Shown here: one piece after another, positions 27,975 to 41,700 of the stretch
How positions within the stretch are numbered: the stretch's first letter is position 1
How the letters are laid out: every line of letters starts with the position of its first letter
Notes under the pieces: model-generated
Told to the model about the DNA's origin: nothing
What the model saw: the letters and a program-made list of their open reading frames with translations, nothing else
Databases searched by the model: none
Assembly: GCF_009914755.1 (NCBI RefSeq)
Contig: NC_060941.1
From: the human T2T-CHM13v2.0 reference genome, Homo sapiens
Reading direction: 5' to 3' (one strand)
DNA: 64,000 nucleotides
Translations under genes and position numbers: made by a program

Positions 27975-28150
27975 CACCGTTTTAAGAGTTTATCACATAC
28001 TTTCCTCATTGCAATCCTTGCAACCGCCCCCGAGATAGGTATTATTATTCCCGACTTCCAGGTGAGAGACCTGAAGCAGACAGAGGTGAGGGAATGAGCC
28101 CAGGCCGGGAGGACGCAGGGAGGCAGAATCCAGCGTTCTAAACCTCTGCA
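27945..28150 (-). mobile_element. MIR whose end forms part of the 69-bp VNTR unit
   Basis: ttattgagcagtgaccgtgtctcaggcaccgttttaagagttt..gagataggtattattattccc..caggtgagagacctgaagcagacagaggtgag. Confidence 0.65.
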
Positions 28151-28673
28151 CAGTCCTGTAAGTTACTTTTTAAAATTCCGTCAAGAGGAAACTAGTAAGA
28201 CCAAGAGAAGCTAACTCATTAAAGTCTGTAATCTGCTGAGGCTCAAACAACTGAGGCACTGAGGCTGGTACCCCAGGCCACCCCCACCAACAACATAACC
28301 AGAGGGGAAGGAAGTCAGGCCCCTTCTCACTCTGAGCAGCTGGTGCCTGGGATTTTAGGCTGTCACGACGATTCCACCCGGCCAGGGCAGGCCCGAACCG
28401 GCCGGAGGCCACAGGAGAACCAATGAGCCTGGCTGGACTCCTGCAAACCTTGAGGGACGCCGAGATTCACATTCACTGAATTTTCATGCCACGTGACACT
28501 CTTCTTCTTTTGTTCCCTCCCGCCCTGCCCCACGGAGCCATTTACAAACATAAAACCATTTTTAAACCATTTTTAAATGATTTAAAACCTGTTTCTGTAC
28601 CAAGTGGTACAGAAATAGGGGCCAGCCCCCGGTCCAGCGCCACGAGCTCCTAGGGCCAGAGTGTAAGAGAGGC

Positions 28674-29517
28674 ACAGGGCGGGAGGGGGACAGGGCGAGA
28701 GGGGGACAGGGCGGGAGGGGGACAGGGCGGGAGGGGGACAGGGCGAGAGGGGGACAGGGCGAGAGGGGACAGGGCGAGAGGGGGACAGGGCGGGAGGGGG
28801 ACAGGGCGGGAGGGGGACAGGGCGGGAGGGGGACAGGGCGAGAGGGGACAGGGCGAGAGGGGACAGGGCGGGAGGGGGACAGGGCGGGAGGGGGACAGGG
28901 CGAGAGGGGGACAGGGCGAGAGGGGACAGGGCGGGAGGGGGACAGGGCGGGAGGGGGACAGGGCGGGAGGGGGACAGGGCGGGAGGGGGACAGGGCGAGA
29001 GGGGACAGGGCGGGAGGGGGACAGGGCGGGAGGGGGACAGGGCGAGAGGGGGACAGGGCGAGAGGGGACAGGGCGGGAGGGGGACAGGGCGGGAGGGGGA
29101 CAGGGCGAGAGGGGGACAGGGCGAGAGGGGACAGGGCGGGAGGGGGACAGGGCGGGAGGGGGACAGGGCGAGAGGGGACAGGGCGGGAGGGGGACAGGGC
29201 GGGAGGGGGACAGGGCGGGAGGGGGACAGGGCGGGAGGGGGACAGGGCGGGAGGGGGACAGGGCGAGAGGGGGACAGGGCGAGAGGGGACAGGGCGGGAG
29301 GGGGACAGGGCGAGAGGGGGACAGGGCGGGAGGGGGACAGGGCGGGAGGGGGACAGGGCGAGAGGGGGACAGGGCGAGAGGGGGACAGGGCGAGAGGGGA
29401 CAGGGCGGGAGGGGGACAGGGCGAGAGGGGGACAGGGCGGCAGGGGGACAGGGCGGGAGGGGGACAGGGCGGGAGGGGGACAGGGCGAGAGGGGGACAGG
29501 GCGAGAGGGGGACAGGG
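28674..29517. repeat. G-rich 15/16-bp VNTR, about 53 copies (ACAGGGCG[G/A]GAGGGGG)
   Basis: Directly visible; 2-3 G-tracts and one CpG per unit. Confidence 0.98.
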
Positions 29518-30247
29518 TCATCAGGGTGCTTAGGGTGGGCTCCGGGGCGTCTGCACCACCAGGCGCACAGCCCAGGAGGTGGCAGGAGTCATCCGTTCTG
29601 GAAACAGCCAGAGGTACAACCTCGTGTCCAGGCACCGGCCGAGTTGGGACTCAGGGTCAAAGCCAAGCTGAGGCAACGTCGAGATGGAGCGTAACAGCCC
29701 TCAGCCTGCACCTGCCACACTGCGGAGGCCCCACAGGGACAATCCGGGAGGGTGGGGTGGTGCCTGCCTGGCAGCTGCGGGGGCTGGGTAGGGAAGGGCT
29801 ACTCCACCCTGGAGGCCCAGCTCACACCAACCTCCTAGCCCCTGACGTCCCACCAGGCAGCTTCACAAGGTTACAGGTCGGTTCCTTCTCCACTGGATTC
29901 CTCCCACATCGGGTGACCTGACCACACACACGGCAGGTGCCCAGCGGTGGTCCCAGCCCCAACATCTCAAGAGCAGGACACCCGAGTGGAGATACTAGGT
30001 CACAGGAATGTCTCCACACAGACATTCAGGCAGGTTCGAGGGAAGAAGACAGCTTCCCGGCCACTCTCCCACCACGCCCACACCCGGTGGGCTCCTCTCC
30101 TCAACCTGGGCCCACATTCTCTCCCAGGTTACTCACATCACTCAGTCATCCCTCACATCACTCACATCGCCCCATGACATCCGCCTCTGAGCTGCCAGCC
30201 TCCCTCCCCAGCCCCTTTCTTCCTTCCCTCCCTCCCTCCCTCCTTTC

Positions 30248-30541
30248 TTTTTTTTGAAACAGGTCACCCAGGCTGGAGTTCAGTGGCACAATCTTGACTC
30301 ACTGCAGCCTCCGCCTCTGGGGCTCAAGCCTTCCAGGCTCAAGCAATCCTCAGCCTCAGCCTCCCAAGTAGTTGGAAACGTAACTGGGCACCACCATGCC
30401 CAGCTATTTTTTTTTTTTTTTTCAGTAGAGATGAGGTCTCACTACATTACCCAGGCTGGTCTCAGACTCCTGGTCTCAAGCAATCTTCTCACCTTGGCCT
30501 CCCAAAGTGCTAGGATTACAGGTGTGAGCCACTGCGCCCGA
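30248..30541 (-). mobile_element. Alu (J-like)
   Basis: Antisense dimer next to a CT-rich tract. Confidence 0.9.
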
Positions 30542-31453
30542 CTTCCCCAGCCCCTTTCTGACCCACAGCCTGGGATCCAGCCTGGACTACCTGGAACACA
30601 TACCCAGCCCCCCTGGAACCCCAGCTCCACCGCCAACATGCCCCACGAGCCCCTTCCCCACATCTGCTCCCACCCCAGACCAGCCCTCCACGCAGGCCCC
30701 ACGCACGTGCGCAGCCTGGCCGGTAAGGCCATCAGACCCAGCCGGTAAGGCCATCAGACCCAGCACTGGCCCGCCGTGTGACCTGGCAAGGGACTAACCT
30801 CCACCTCGCCTCCGTTTCTTCACCTGCAACGAGGAGACCGTGACCTCCCAGGTGGTTTTGCTAATCAGCTGGGTGCTTGGTACCCCTAGAGTGAGCTCTC
30901 CACCGCTGGCAGCTTTATCGTGGCTAACTCCTGTCTTCAGAGTCTCCATCTTGGCTGCTCCTGCCTTAATTCAGGCCTTCATTATGGCGAATTGGATAAT
31001 TAGTATCCACGAATCCTCTGCATCTGGACTTAACCTCCCCACGGGCCCATGAGACTGTCGTTTCCCTGCTTAGTCCCTTGGATGGCTCTGCTGCCTACAG
31101 GACACAAGCCCAGCCCCTGCGCCCGGCACACAGAGTCCTCCCGATCCTCACGTCTCTCTCCTTCCCTCCCTCCCCACCTGCTTCTTACCCCTCAGGGCCT
31201 CTTTTCCTCCCCCCTCTGACCTCCTCTTCTTCCCTTTTCCTCTCTTCCTCTCCTTCTCATGCCCCAGCATAACCAGACTCCCAGCTGCGCCCGATGCCCC
31301 CACACTTCCTGGGCACACTGCCTCTGCCGAGCTGTGCCTGCTCCTGAAGTGCCCTCTCCTGGCACCTGGTCACCCACCCTCCAGGCCCGGCTGCCACATC
31401 TGCTCCACTCTGCAGCCCGGGGGCCTCCCCCACCTCCCCAGGTGCCGCAGCTC

Positions 31454-31779
31454 ACCCATGGCAGGTCCTCCCCACGGCAGGCCCATCCCATGGCAGGCCT
31501 GTCCCACAGCAGATCCTCCCCATGGCAGGTCCTCCCCATGGCAGGCCCATCCCACGGCAGATCCTCCCCGCGGCAGGTCCTCCCCACGGCAGGTCCATCC
31601 CACGGCAGGTCCATCCCGCGGCAGGTCCATCCCACGGCAGGTCCTCCCCACGGCAGGTCCTCCCCGCGGCAGGTCCATCCTACGGCAGGTCCATCCCACG
31701 GCAGGTCCATCCCGCGGCAGGTCCTCCCCACGGCAGATCCTCCCCACGGCAGGTCCTCCCCACAGCAGGTCTGCCCCAC
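31454..31779. repeat. 16-bp VNTR, about 20 copies (GGCAGGTCCTCCCCAC / GGCAGGTCCATCCCAC)
   Basis: Directly visible tandem array. Confidence 0.95.
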
Positions 31780-32665
31780 GCTCATCCCTGCCTTCTACTT
31801 CTACAGCACTCCTCACACTGCACTGCAATAGCTGACACCAACTATGAGCTCCTGGAGGGCAGGGGCTGGCATCTCTACCTCCTCAGCCCCGGGGCCTGGC
31901 ACGAAGGTGAGCTGAGTGCACACAGGAACTGACCAGGGGACAGGTCATGCAAAGCTCCGTCCAGAAAGCTCTGGGCCTTGCCAGGGATCCGTGTGGTTCC
32001 CCAAGCCCACCCTGGGTCTCTGCAGCCGATTGGCTGCCTTTGTGCTGATGACCCTGAGCTGAAGGTCAGCAGTGTGCTGGGGTGAACGGAAGGGGCTCAG
32101 CACCGCACAAGATAGCTGCTCCTTCTTTCTTTGGAAGAAGAAAAGCCACACGCAGGCCTCAAGACAGCAAGAGAAAAGGAGGCCTCAATGGAGATGTTCC
32201 GCTTGCCAGACTCTGAGCAAGGCAGATGTTCCAAGATGCCGTGCGGTGTCTGGTCCAATCCTCCGATCCCAGCAACTGCAGCCAAGTCCATTCCTGCCAG
32301 ACAGCCTTGGAGATGCAAGAGAGCCGAAGCAGGCCCCTCGGGGCAGAAGAATTAAGTGACTTTTTCCGGGAATTTAGGAAGCTTCAGTCGCTGAATGAAA
32401 AAATCCATCTTTGTAATGAGGGGCAAACACTCGTCTTCCACGTCTGAATTAGGTCAAGAGGAGAAAGGACATTGTGAGGCCAATTTGCAGGCGACTGAGA
32501 TGAAATGGCTCAAGGAGGCTGCTGCTTCTACAGCTCCAGCAATGGACGGGCACTGAGGATTAGCTTTGGAAAGGGAGTAGGGGACAGGGCCGTGGAGGAC
32601 TTTCACCGCACACCCATTTGGGAGGGAGGCTCTGCAAAAAACTGACTTCTCCTAAGCCTTATGCT

Positions 32666-32996
32666 TGTGGGGATGTGAAATGGTGCAGCTGCCACGGAAA
32701 GCAGGGTGGAGGCTCCTCAAACAGGTAAACACAGAACTGCCGTATGATTCAGCAATTCCACTGCTGGGTATAGACCCAAGAGAATCGAAGGCAGGGTTGC
32801 AGAGAGGTTTGCACGCTCGTGCCCACTGCAGCATTGTTCACAATAGCTGCAACATGGAAGCAACCCAAATATCCATCACAGGTGAGTGGATACACAAAGT
32901 GGGGTATGCACATACAGTGAAATTTTCCTCGCCTTAAAAAGGATGGAAATTCCTACACATGCTACATCATGGATGAACCTTGAAAGCATTATGCAA
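32666..32996 (+). mobile_element. L1M (L1MB-like) 3' fragment
   Basis: cagcaattccactgctgggtatagacccaagagaa..cattgttcacaatagc..catggatgaaccttgaaagcattatgc. Confidence 0.8.
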
Positions 32997-33334
32997 AGGG
33001 CACCTGGTTAAACTGCAGCTTCTAGTTTGGGAGGTCTGTGGGGGCCTGAGATTCTGCATTTCTAATGAACATCCAGGTGAGGTCCTCGGCCCACACTTTG
33101 AGTAGCAGAGACCCCATCAGCACCTGAATTCTCTCCTAGCCCTAATGCCTCCACCTCCAGGAGCAGCTCTCTGTAAACTGGATGGGGCCAGGACCCCCAC
33201 AGCTTCCCAAGGCAGAAGGAGAATACTTCTCAGAGGTTAGCAGACTCTCTCTAGGCAGCTGCTGCAGGCAGGTCACAAATCGCCACCATCTCTAAGACTG
33301 GAGGACTGGCTGCTGGGAATAAAGCAGTGATGGA

Positions 33335-33619
33335 GGCTGGCTGTGGTGGCTCAAGCCTGTAATCCCAGCACTTTGAGAGGCCGAGGCAGGAGGATCATTT
33401 GAGCCAGGAGTTTGAGACCAGCCTGGGCAACATAGCAGACCCTGTCTCTACAAAAAATAAAAAATTTTCCAGGCGAGGTGGTGCATGACTGTGGTCCTAG
33501 CTCCTAGGGAGGCCGAGGTGGGAGGATCGATTGAGCCCAGGAGTTTGAGGCTGCAGTGAGCCCTGTTTGCCACTGCACTCCAGCCTGGGCGGCAGAGCTA
33601 GACCTTGTCTCTTAAAAAA
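33335..33619 (+). mobile_element. Alu (J-like)
   Basis: Full dimer. Confidence 0.9.
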
Positions 33620-33702
33620 GGAGCACTCCTCCTGCTCTGTCCATGGCTTCCTGGCCTCGAGTCCCAGATACCAAACAGAGAGGGAAGCTGAAGCCTTAGG
33701 AA

Positions 33703-34108
33703 AATGGCATGTACCCCGCCCTGCCCAGGGCTCCTGCCAGCCCCCTGCTGGGGGTCCGGGATACGGCACGTCCCTTGTCCAGGGCTCCTGCCAGCCCCCC
33801 TGCTGGGGGTCCGGGATATGGCATGTCCCCCGCCCTGCCCAGGGCTCCTGCCAGCCCCCCTGCTGGGGGTCCGGGATATGGCACGTCCCCTGCCCTGCCC
33901 CAGGCTCCTGCCAGCCTCCTGCTGGGGGTCCAGGATATGGCACGTCCCCCGTCCAGGGCTCCTGCCAGCCCCCTGCTGGGGGTCTGGGATATGGCACGTC
34001 CCCTGCCCTGCCCCAGGCTCCTGCCAGCCTCCTGCTGGGGGTCCAGGATACGGCATGTCCCCTGCCCTGCCCCAGGCTCCTGCCAGCCCCCCTGCCAGGG
34101 GTCCGGGA
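33703..34108. repeat. 54-60-bp GC-rich VNTR, about 7 copies
   Basis: GATATGGCACGTCCCCTGCCCTGCCCAGGGCTCCTGCCAGCCCCCTGCTGGGGGTCCGG repeated. Confidence 0.95.
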
Positions 34109-35290
34109 TGACTCTCAGCAGGACACATCCCCTCCTCGGTGCAAAGTGGGCTCAAGCCAGGTTAGGGGAAAGGTCAGGTTCTGACCCAGCCCCTTCCCTC
34201 CATGCTGGGCTGGGTAATACCTGCCCCCAGCCTGAGCTGGACCTCCTCTAAGGGACGTGGGCAAAATATAAGACTGCCCAGTCTTCCTTCATGAAGACTC
34301 AGGTCATCGTTTCATAGGCAGGCTCCCCTGCACCCACACTGTGGGACACCTTTGGCTGAGACCAGAAAAAAAAAACGACTGCTTCCCTCAAATGGTGACA
34401 ATGCATCCCAGGCTCAGGCGGGCTCTGCTGTGGCCCTGCCCAGCCTCCCCATGGCTAGCTGGACTCTCAGTGAGACTCAAAGCTGGCTGACTCAGATCCC
34501 AAGCAATTAGGAGCACCAGTCCTCTCTAATTAACCAGCCAGCCCCTCTCCCTTCCCACCAAGGCCCTCAGATAATGAGGGCAGGCAGTCGAGGCATGCAG
34601 GCCCAATTACGGAGGGGACGCAGCTCCGAGGACCGGCATCTCGGCTTCCACCCACAAGCTCATTAGCTTGTAGCTGCTGAACGCTGCCAGGGCTCCTGCT
34701 GGGGGCGCGTGTGTGTGCCCAGGAGCACCTGAGGCTCTGTCCTCCCCAACCATGCCTGGGCCTGGATGCTTCCCACGGCAGGGATCTCCCCAGCATCCCT
34801 TCTCCAGCCTGCCCAAGCCCACACACCTCCCAGGGCCCCAGGCTGCAGCCATCCGCAGAAGGTGAGGAGGCGGAATGTGGAGATGGAGATAAACAGGGAG
34901 GTGGCCCAGAAACCGGCAGTCCCAGAGTGGAGGGCCCGATTCCTCACACCGTGTTAGAGCCCTTCCAGCCCCCCAGGGCTGCCGCCTTAACCCCATTCCC
35001 AGCTGTAATTAATTACCCTTAATGGTTTCACGCCTCCCTCCGGAGCACTGGGATCCGCATGGCTCCTGACACCAGTCGGTGTGCGATAAATATTTGTGGG
35101 ATAAGGAAGGGATGGCATCGTCTCTCCTCCCAGACACGAGAGAGCCCTGCAGGGGCAAGGGCTTCGCAGGGGCTATGTCTGGGCCTCCCTGATTCTCCAG
35201 CGACTCGGGTTCTAGGCCACCACCCCCTACAGCAGGGCCCCCAGGGGGGCAGTGCCTCTGCGATCATCTCCCTGGAGTCCCAGGCCCTCC

Positions 35291-35443
35291 ACACCTGCCC
35301 ATTCACTGCTCAAACGCAGTTCATCTCCCGAAAGACTCCCCTGCACCTGCCCATTCACTGCTCAAATGCAGCTCGTCCCCTGAAAGACTCCTCTACACCT
35401 GCCCATTCACTGCTCAAATGCAGCTCGTCCCCTGAAAGACTCC
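35291..35443. repeat. Three-copy 52-bp tandem repeat
   Basis: acctgcccattcactgctcaaa.gcag at 35293, 35345 and 35397. Confidence 0.92.
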
Positions 35444-36175
35444 ACCCTCTTACAAGTCCCCTACAGCTCAGCGTCCCAAAGATCTCAGCTCTGCCCTCTG
35501 TTTTCAGGTCCCCAGGATCTCAGCCTTGGAGGCAGCTGGAGCATGCCCCGTCCCTCCTCCTCGGTCCACTGTTCCTAAGTCGAATCTGCCATTGCATCCT
35601 GTGTTCCTTTTTCCTTCAGCACACGCCTCTGTGCTCCCCAGGCATCATCCTCACAGTTGAGCACTTGCCCAGCCCGTTTCCAGCTTCCGGCCTCAGCCTG
35701 TGTGGTCTTCCCCTCCCCGGATGCCCTTCCCTCTGCCCTCAGCCTTTCAGAAACCTGCCCAGCCTCCAGGGGCCCACTCCTCCAGGCAGCCCTCCTGGCT
35801 GCTCTGAGTCCTGGGAACCCCAGTCCCAACCACAGTGCACGTCACACTAGAGAATACTGTCTGCCCATCTTGACGGTCAGGACGTGAGGGAAGCGATTAT
35901 TCTGAAAACCTCTCTTTTTGGATCCCCCCAACCCAGGATTGGCTCACAATGGGCGAAGCGATCGAGAAAGACATTTATACGAGTAACGAGACAATTATAA
36001 CGAGACATTTATACGAGCACAAAGACTGAGGCGTTTCCCTGCCGGCTCAGGACATCCAGTGCTGGAGAGCTACAAAGGCTTCCAGAGGCTTTTATGTAAA
36101 TTACAGAAAATATGGGACTAGCTGTGGGAGCTCCAATTTTAAGAAAACAAGAATTCCAACGAGGAGAATGTGGGT

Positions 36176-36851
<676 letters not shown>

Positions 36852-37579
36852 CGGGGAGTCACTCAGCCTCTTCTGAAATGTCTGGGGATCTGCTCCATCG
36901 TTGGTAACACGTGTGTGGCCTCAGCAGGCAGGACCCTGAAGAGGTTTCATAACAATCACAGGCATCCTTTACTGCACGCTGCCAATGGGCCAGGCAGTCT
37001 GCTAAGGGCTTCTCCTGCACTATTGCATCCATCAACGATGACAGAAGCTTAATGACCCCATTTTACAGATGAAAGAACAGAGGCCCAGAGAGGTTAAGTG
37101 ACTTGTACGAGACCGCGCCACCGTGGCCAAGCTGGGACCTCAACCCAAGTCTGTCTGGTCCTGCAGCTCCGTGCACAACCACCTCACAATCCTGCAGCCA
37201 GGGAGGAGGGAAGCTAGCCGTGCCAGGTGCTTGCAGGAACACGGAGGCACTCCTGAAAGTACAGATGAGTCCCTCCCATCTGGGCAGGAGCCCCCAGCAC
37301 TGCGTGGCATCTGCGTGGGGACAGTCCTCACTGGCAAGTCCAGGAGAACCGGCTGCCCTCTTGCTGCTCAGGGTGGACCAAGCGACCTCTCATTCCAGCC
37401 CCCTGAAGTCGAGAGCTCTTTCCTTCCTAGAACCCTCCTTCACCCCCTCTAATTCCTCTCCATCTGCTTAGAATACACTGAAGAGGCTGACGCTCTGTCT
37501 CAGCAAATGGCCTCAGTCCCTACGTTGCCTGTCTCCATCCCTATCATCTCCCAGTGACGGCCATCACCACCTGTCTCCA

Positions 37580-38120
37580 GCACTAGGGTCGTCTCTTAAA
37601 AACACAGATCAGATCACACCCCTGCTCAAAACACTCCACTGGCATCTCATTAAACTTAAGTGAAATCTCAGCTCCTGACCTTGACTGGCGAGGCTGTGTG
37701 ATGGGCCATCCGGCCGCTCACTCTCTGCCCCAGATGCCACCATGTGCCCCTTGAACATGCCCAGCTCGTTCCTGCCTCAGGGCCTTCAGGACTGTTCCAG
37801 GGGAAACTTGCCGTTCCCTCTGCCGGGAACACTGTTCCACCCAGATCTTCCCAGGGCCAGCTGTTGCTTGTGTTTGGGCCTGAGCTCAGAGAGGCCCCCT
37901 AAGCCTCTCCCTAGGTGCTCTGCGTTAATTCAACAGAGTCCTCGGTGTACCTAGTCTTGCTTCATGTTTATTCATTTGTCTTCTCTATGCCCTGACCCTG
38001 GAAAGTCATCTCCACAACAGGGTGGACTGTGTCCATCTCGTTCACGGCGTCGGCAGGACCCAGAACAGGGCTTGCACACAATGGGCTATTATTTACAGAA
38101 TGAATGAAGATGAATGAACG
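37580..38120 (+). mobile_element. L2 fragment
   Basis: cagatcacacccctgctcaaaac..ttcctgcctcagggcctt.., ending gaatgaatgaa. Confidence 0.65.
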
Positions 38121-38715
38121 AATGACACCACCTTCTCCAAGAAGGAAGAGTGAACCCTCCAAAGCCCCCAAATGCCCACCATCCAGCTGTGCTCCCCTAA
38201 TACACTCCCCTCCCACCTCAATCCTGGAACAAGCCCCTCAGAAGCCTCAGAAGCTCAAAGATTCCCCGGCCTCATCACCCAAGCCAGGACTGAGACCTCA
38301 GTCTGCTCAACACCAAGAACCATCTGCAACAGAAACGCCCGGACCAGCCCACAGCTCCAGAGTAGCGTGGGGACCCACATCCAGCTGAGGTCCTTCCCCA
38401 GGACAGCCACTGTTGCCTAAGACATGGCTCCAAGGAGCACCTGTACTAACCGTTGCACAGCCACACCAGCAGCGGCCTCTGCAGCACAGGCCCTGGACTG
38501 TCCCAGGGGAAGTGGGCCAGGATCTGTGCCTCTTCATGGTCCCCTATAGCTGGAATATTTACCACAGGCCAGGCTCTGTGCCTCTCCACAGGCCCCTATA
38601 CCTGGAATATTCACAGCAGCTGTGGGGTTGAGAGACAGGAGGAGGAAGCACACTGCCAGCTCCCGTTCTCCCAGGCAGGAGTCACTGCCCGAGTCCTGCA
38701 AGTTGGCCATTCCCA

Positions 38716-41700
38716 AGTCTCTGTGCCCCACCTCCACTGACATGTAGTCCCTCTGCCCCCACCTCCATTGACCTGTAGTCTCTATGCCCCCACCTCCATT
38801 GACCTGTAGTCCCTATACTCCACGTCCATTGACCTGTAGTCCCTGTGACTCCACCTCCATTGACCTGTAGTCTCTGTGCCCCACCTCCACTGACAGGCAG
38901 TCTCTGTGCTCCACCTCCACTGACCTGTAGTCCCTGTGCCCCACCTCCATTGACCTGTAGTCTCTGTGACTCCACCTCCATTGACCTGTAGTCTCTGTGC
39001 TCCACCTCCACTGACCTGTAGTCCCTGTGCCCCACCTCCATTGACCTGCAGTCTCTGTACTCCACGTCCATTGACCTGTAGTCCCTGTGACTTCACCTCC
39101 ATTGACCTGTAGTCCCTGTGCTCCACCTCCATTGACCTGTAGTCTCTGTGACCCCACCTCCATTGACCTGTAGTCCCTGTACTCCACGTCCATTGACCTG
39201 CAGTCTCTGTGCTCCACCTCCATTGACCTGTAGTCCCTGTGCCCCACCTCCATTGACCTGTAGTCTCTGTGCTCCACCTCCATTGACCTGTAGTCCCTGT
39301 ACTCCACGTCCATTGACCTGTAGTCTCTCTGCTCCACCTCCATTGACCTGTAGTCCCTGTGACTCCACCTCCATTGACCTGTAGTCTCTGTGCTCCACCT
39401 CCATTGACCTGTAGTCTCTGTGCTCCACCTCCATTGACCTGTAGTCTCTGTGACCCCACCTCCATTGACCTGTAGTCCCTGTACTCCACGTCCATTGACC
39501 TGTAGTCTCTGTGCCCCACCTCCATTGACCTGTAGTCCCTGTGCCCCACCTCCATTGACCTGTAGTCTCTGTGCTCCACCTCCATTGACCAGTAGTCCCT
39601 GTGCCCCACCTCCATTGACCTGTAGTCTCTGTGCTCCACCTCCATTGACCTGTAGTCCCTGTGCCCCACCTCCATTGACCTGCAGTCTCTGTACTCCATG
39701 TCCATTGACCTGTAGTCCCTGTGACTCCACCTCCATTGAACTGTAGTCCCTGTGCCCCACCTCCATTGACCTGTAGTCCCTGTGACTCCACTTCCATTGA
39801 CCTGTAGTCTCTGTGCTCCACCTCCACTGACCTGTAGTCCCTGTGCCCCACCTCCATTGACCTGCAGTCTCTGTACTCCACGTCCATTGACCTGTAGTCC
39901 CTGTGACTTCACCTCCATTGACCTGTAGTCCCTGTGCTCCACCTCCATTGACCTGTAGTCTCTGTGACCCCACCTCCATTGGCCTGTAGTCCCTGTACTC
40001 CACGTCCATTGACCTGTAGTCTCTGTGCTCCACCTCCATTGACCTGTAGTCCCTGTGCCCCACCTCCATTGACCTGTAGTCTCTGTGCTCCACCTCCATT
40101 GACCTGTAGTCCCTGTACTCCACGTCCATTGACCTGTAGTCTCTGTGCTCCACCTCCATTGACCTGTAGTCCCTGTGACTCCACCTCCATTGACCTGTAG
40201 TCTCTGTGCTCCACCTCCATTGACCTGTAGTCTCTGTGCTCCACCTCCATTGACCTGTAGTCTCTGTGACCCCACCTCCATTGACCTGTAGTCCCTGTAC
40301 TCCACGTCCATTGACCTGTAGTCTCTGTGCTCCACCTCCATTGACCTGTAGTCCCTGTGCCCCACCTCCATTGACCTGTAGTCTCTGTGCTCCACCTCCA
40401 TTGACCAGTAGTCCCTGTGCCCCACCTCCATTGACCTGTAGTCTCTGTGCTCCACCTCCATTGACCAGTAGTCCCTGTGCCCCACCTCCATTGACCTGTA
40501 GTCTCTGTGCTCCACCTCCATTGACCTGTAGTCCCTGTACTCCACCTCCACTGAACTGTAGTCCCTGTGCTCCACCTCCACTGAATTGTAGTCCCTGTGA
40601 TCCCACCTCCATTGACCTGTAGTCTCTGTGCTCCACCTCCATTGACCTGTAGTCCCTGTGCCCCACCTCCACTGACCTGTTGTCTCTGTGCTCCACCTCC
40701 ATTGACCTGTAGTCCCTGTGCCCCACCTCCACTGACCTGTAGTCCCTGTGCTCCACCTCCACTGACCTGTAGTCACTGTGCACCCACCTCCATTGACCTG
40801 CAGTCCCTGTGCTCCACCTCCATTGACCTGTAGTCCCTGTGCCCCACCTCCACTGACCTGTTGTCTCTGTGCTACACCTCCACTGACCTGTTGTCTCTGT
40901 GCTACACCTCCACTGACCTGTAGTCCCTGTGCCCCACCTCCACTGACCTGTAGTCCCTGTGCTCCACCTCCACTGACCTGTAGTCCCTGTGCTCCACCTC
41001 CACTGACCTGCAGTCCCTGTGCCCCCACCTCCATTGACCTGTAATCCCTGTGACTCCACCTCCATTGACCTGTAGTCCCTGTGACTCCACCTCCACTGAC
41101 GTGTAGTCCCTGTGCCCCACCTCCATTGACCTGTAGTCCCTGTGCCCCCACCTCCATTGACCTGTAGTTCCTGTGCCCCCACTTCCAGTGACCTGTAGTC
41201 CCTGTGACCCCACCTCCACTGACCTGTAGTCCCTGTGACTCCACTTCCACTGACCTGTAGTCCCTGTGCCCCACCTCCATTGACCTGTAGTCCCTGTACC
41301 CCCACCTCCATTGACCTGTAGTCCCTGTGCCTCACCTACATTGATCTGTAGTCCCTGTGCCCCCACCTCCATTGACCTGTAGTCCCTGTGACTCCACCTC
41401 CATTGACCTGTAGTCCCTGTGCTCCCACCTCCATTGACCTGTAGTCCCTGTGCCCCACCTCCATTGACCTGTACTCCCTGTGCTCCACCTCCACTGAACT
41501 ATAGTCTCTGTACTCCACCTCCACTGACCTGTAGTCCCTGTGCTCCACCTCCACTGACCTGTAGTCCCTGTGACCCCACCTCCATTGGCCTGTAGTCTCT
41601 GTGCTCCACCTCCATTGACCTGTAGTCCCTGAGACCCCACCTCCATTGACCTGTAGTCCTTGTGCCCCACCTCTATTGACCCGTAGTCTCTGTGCTCCAC

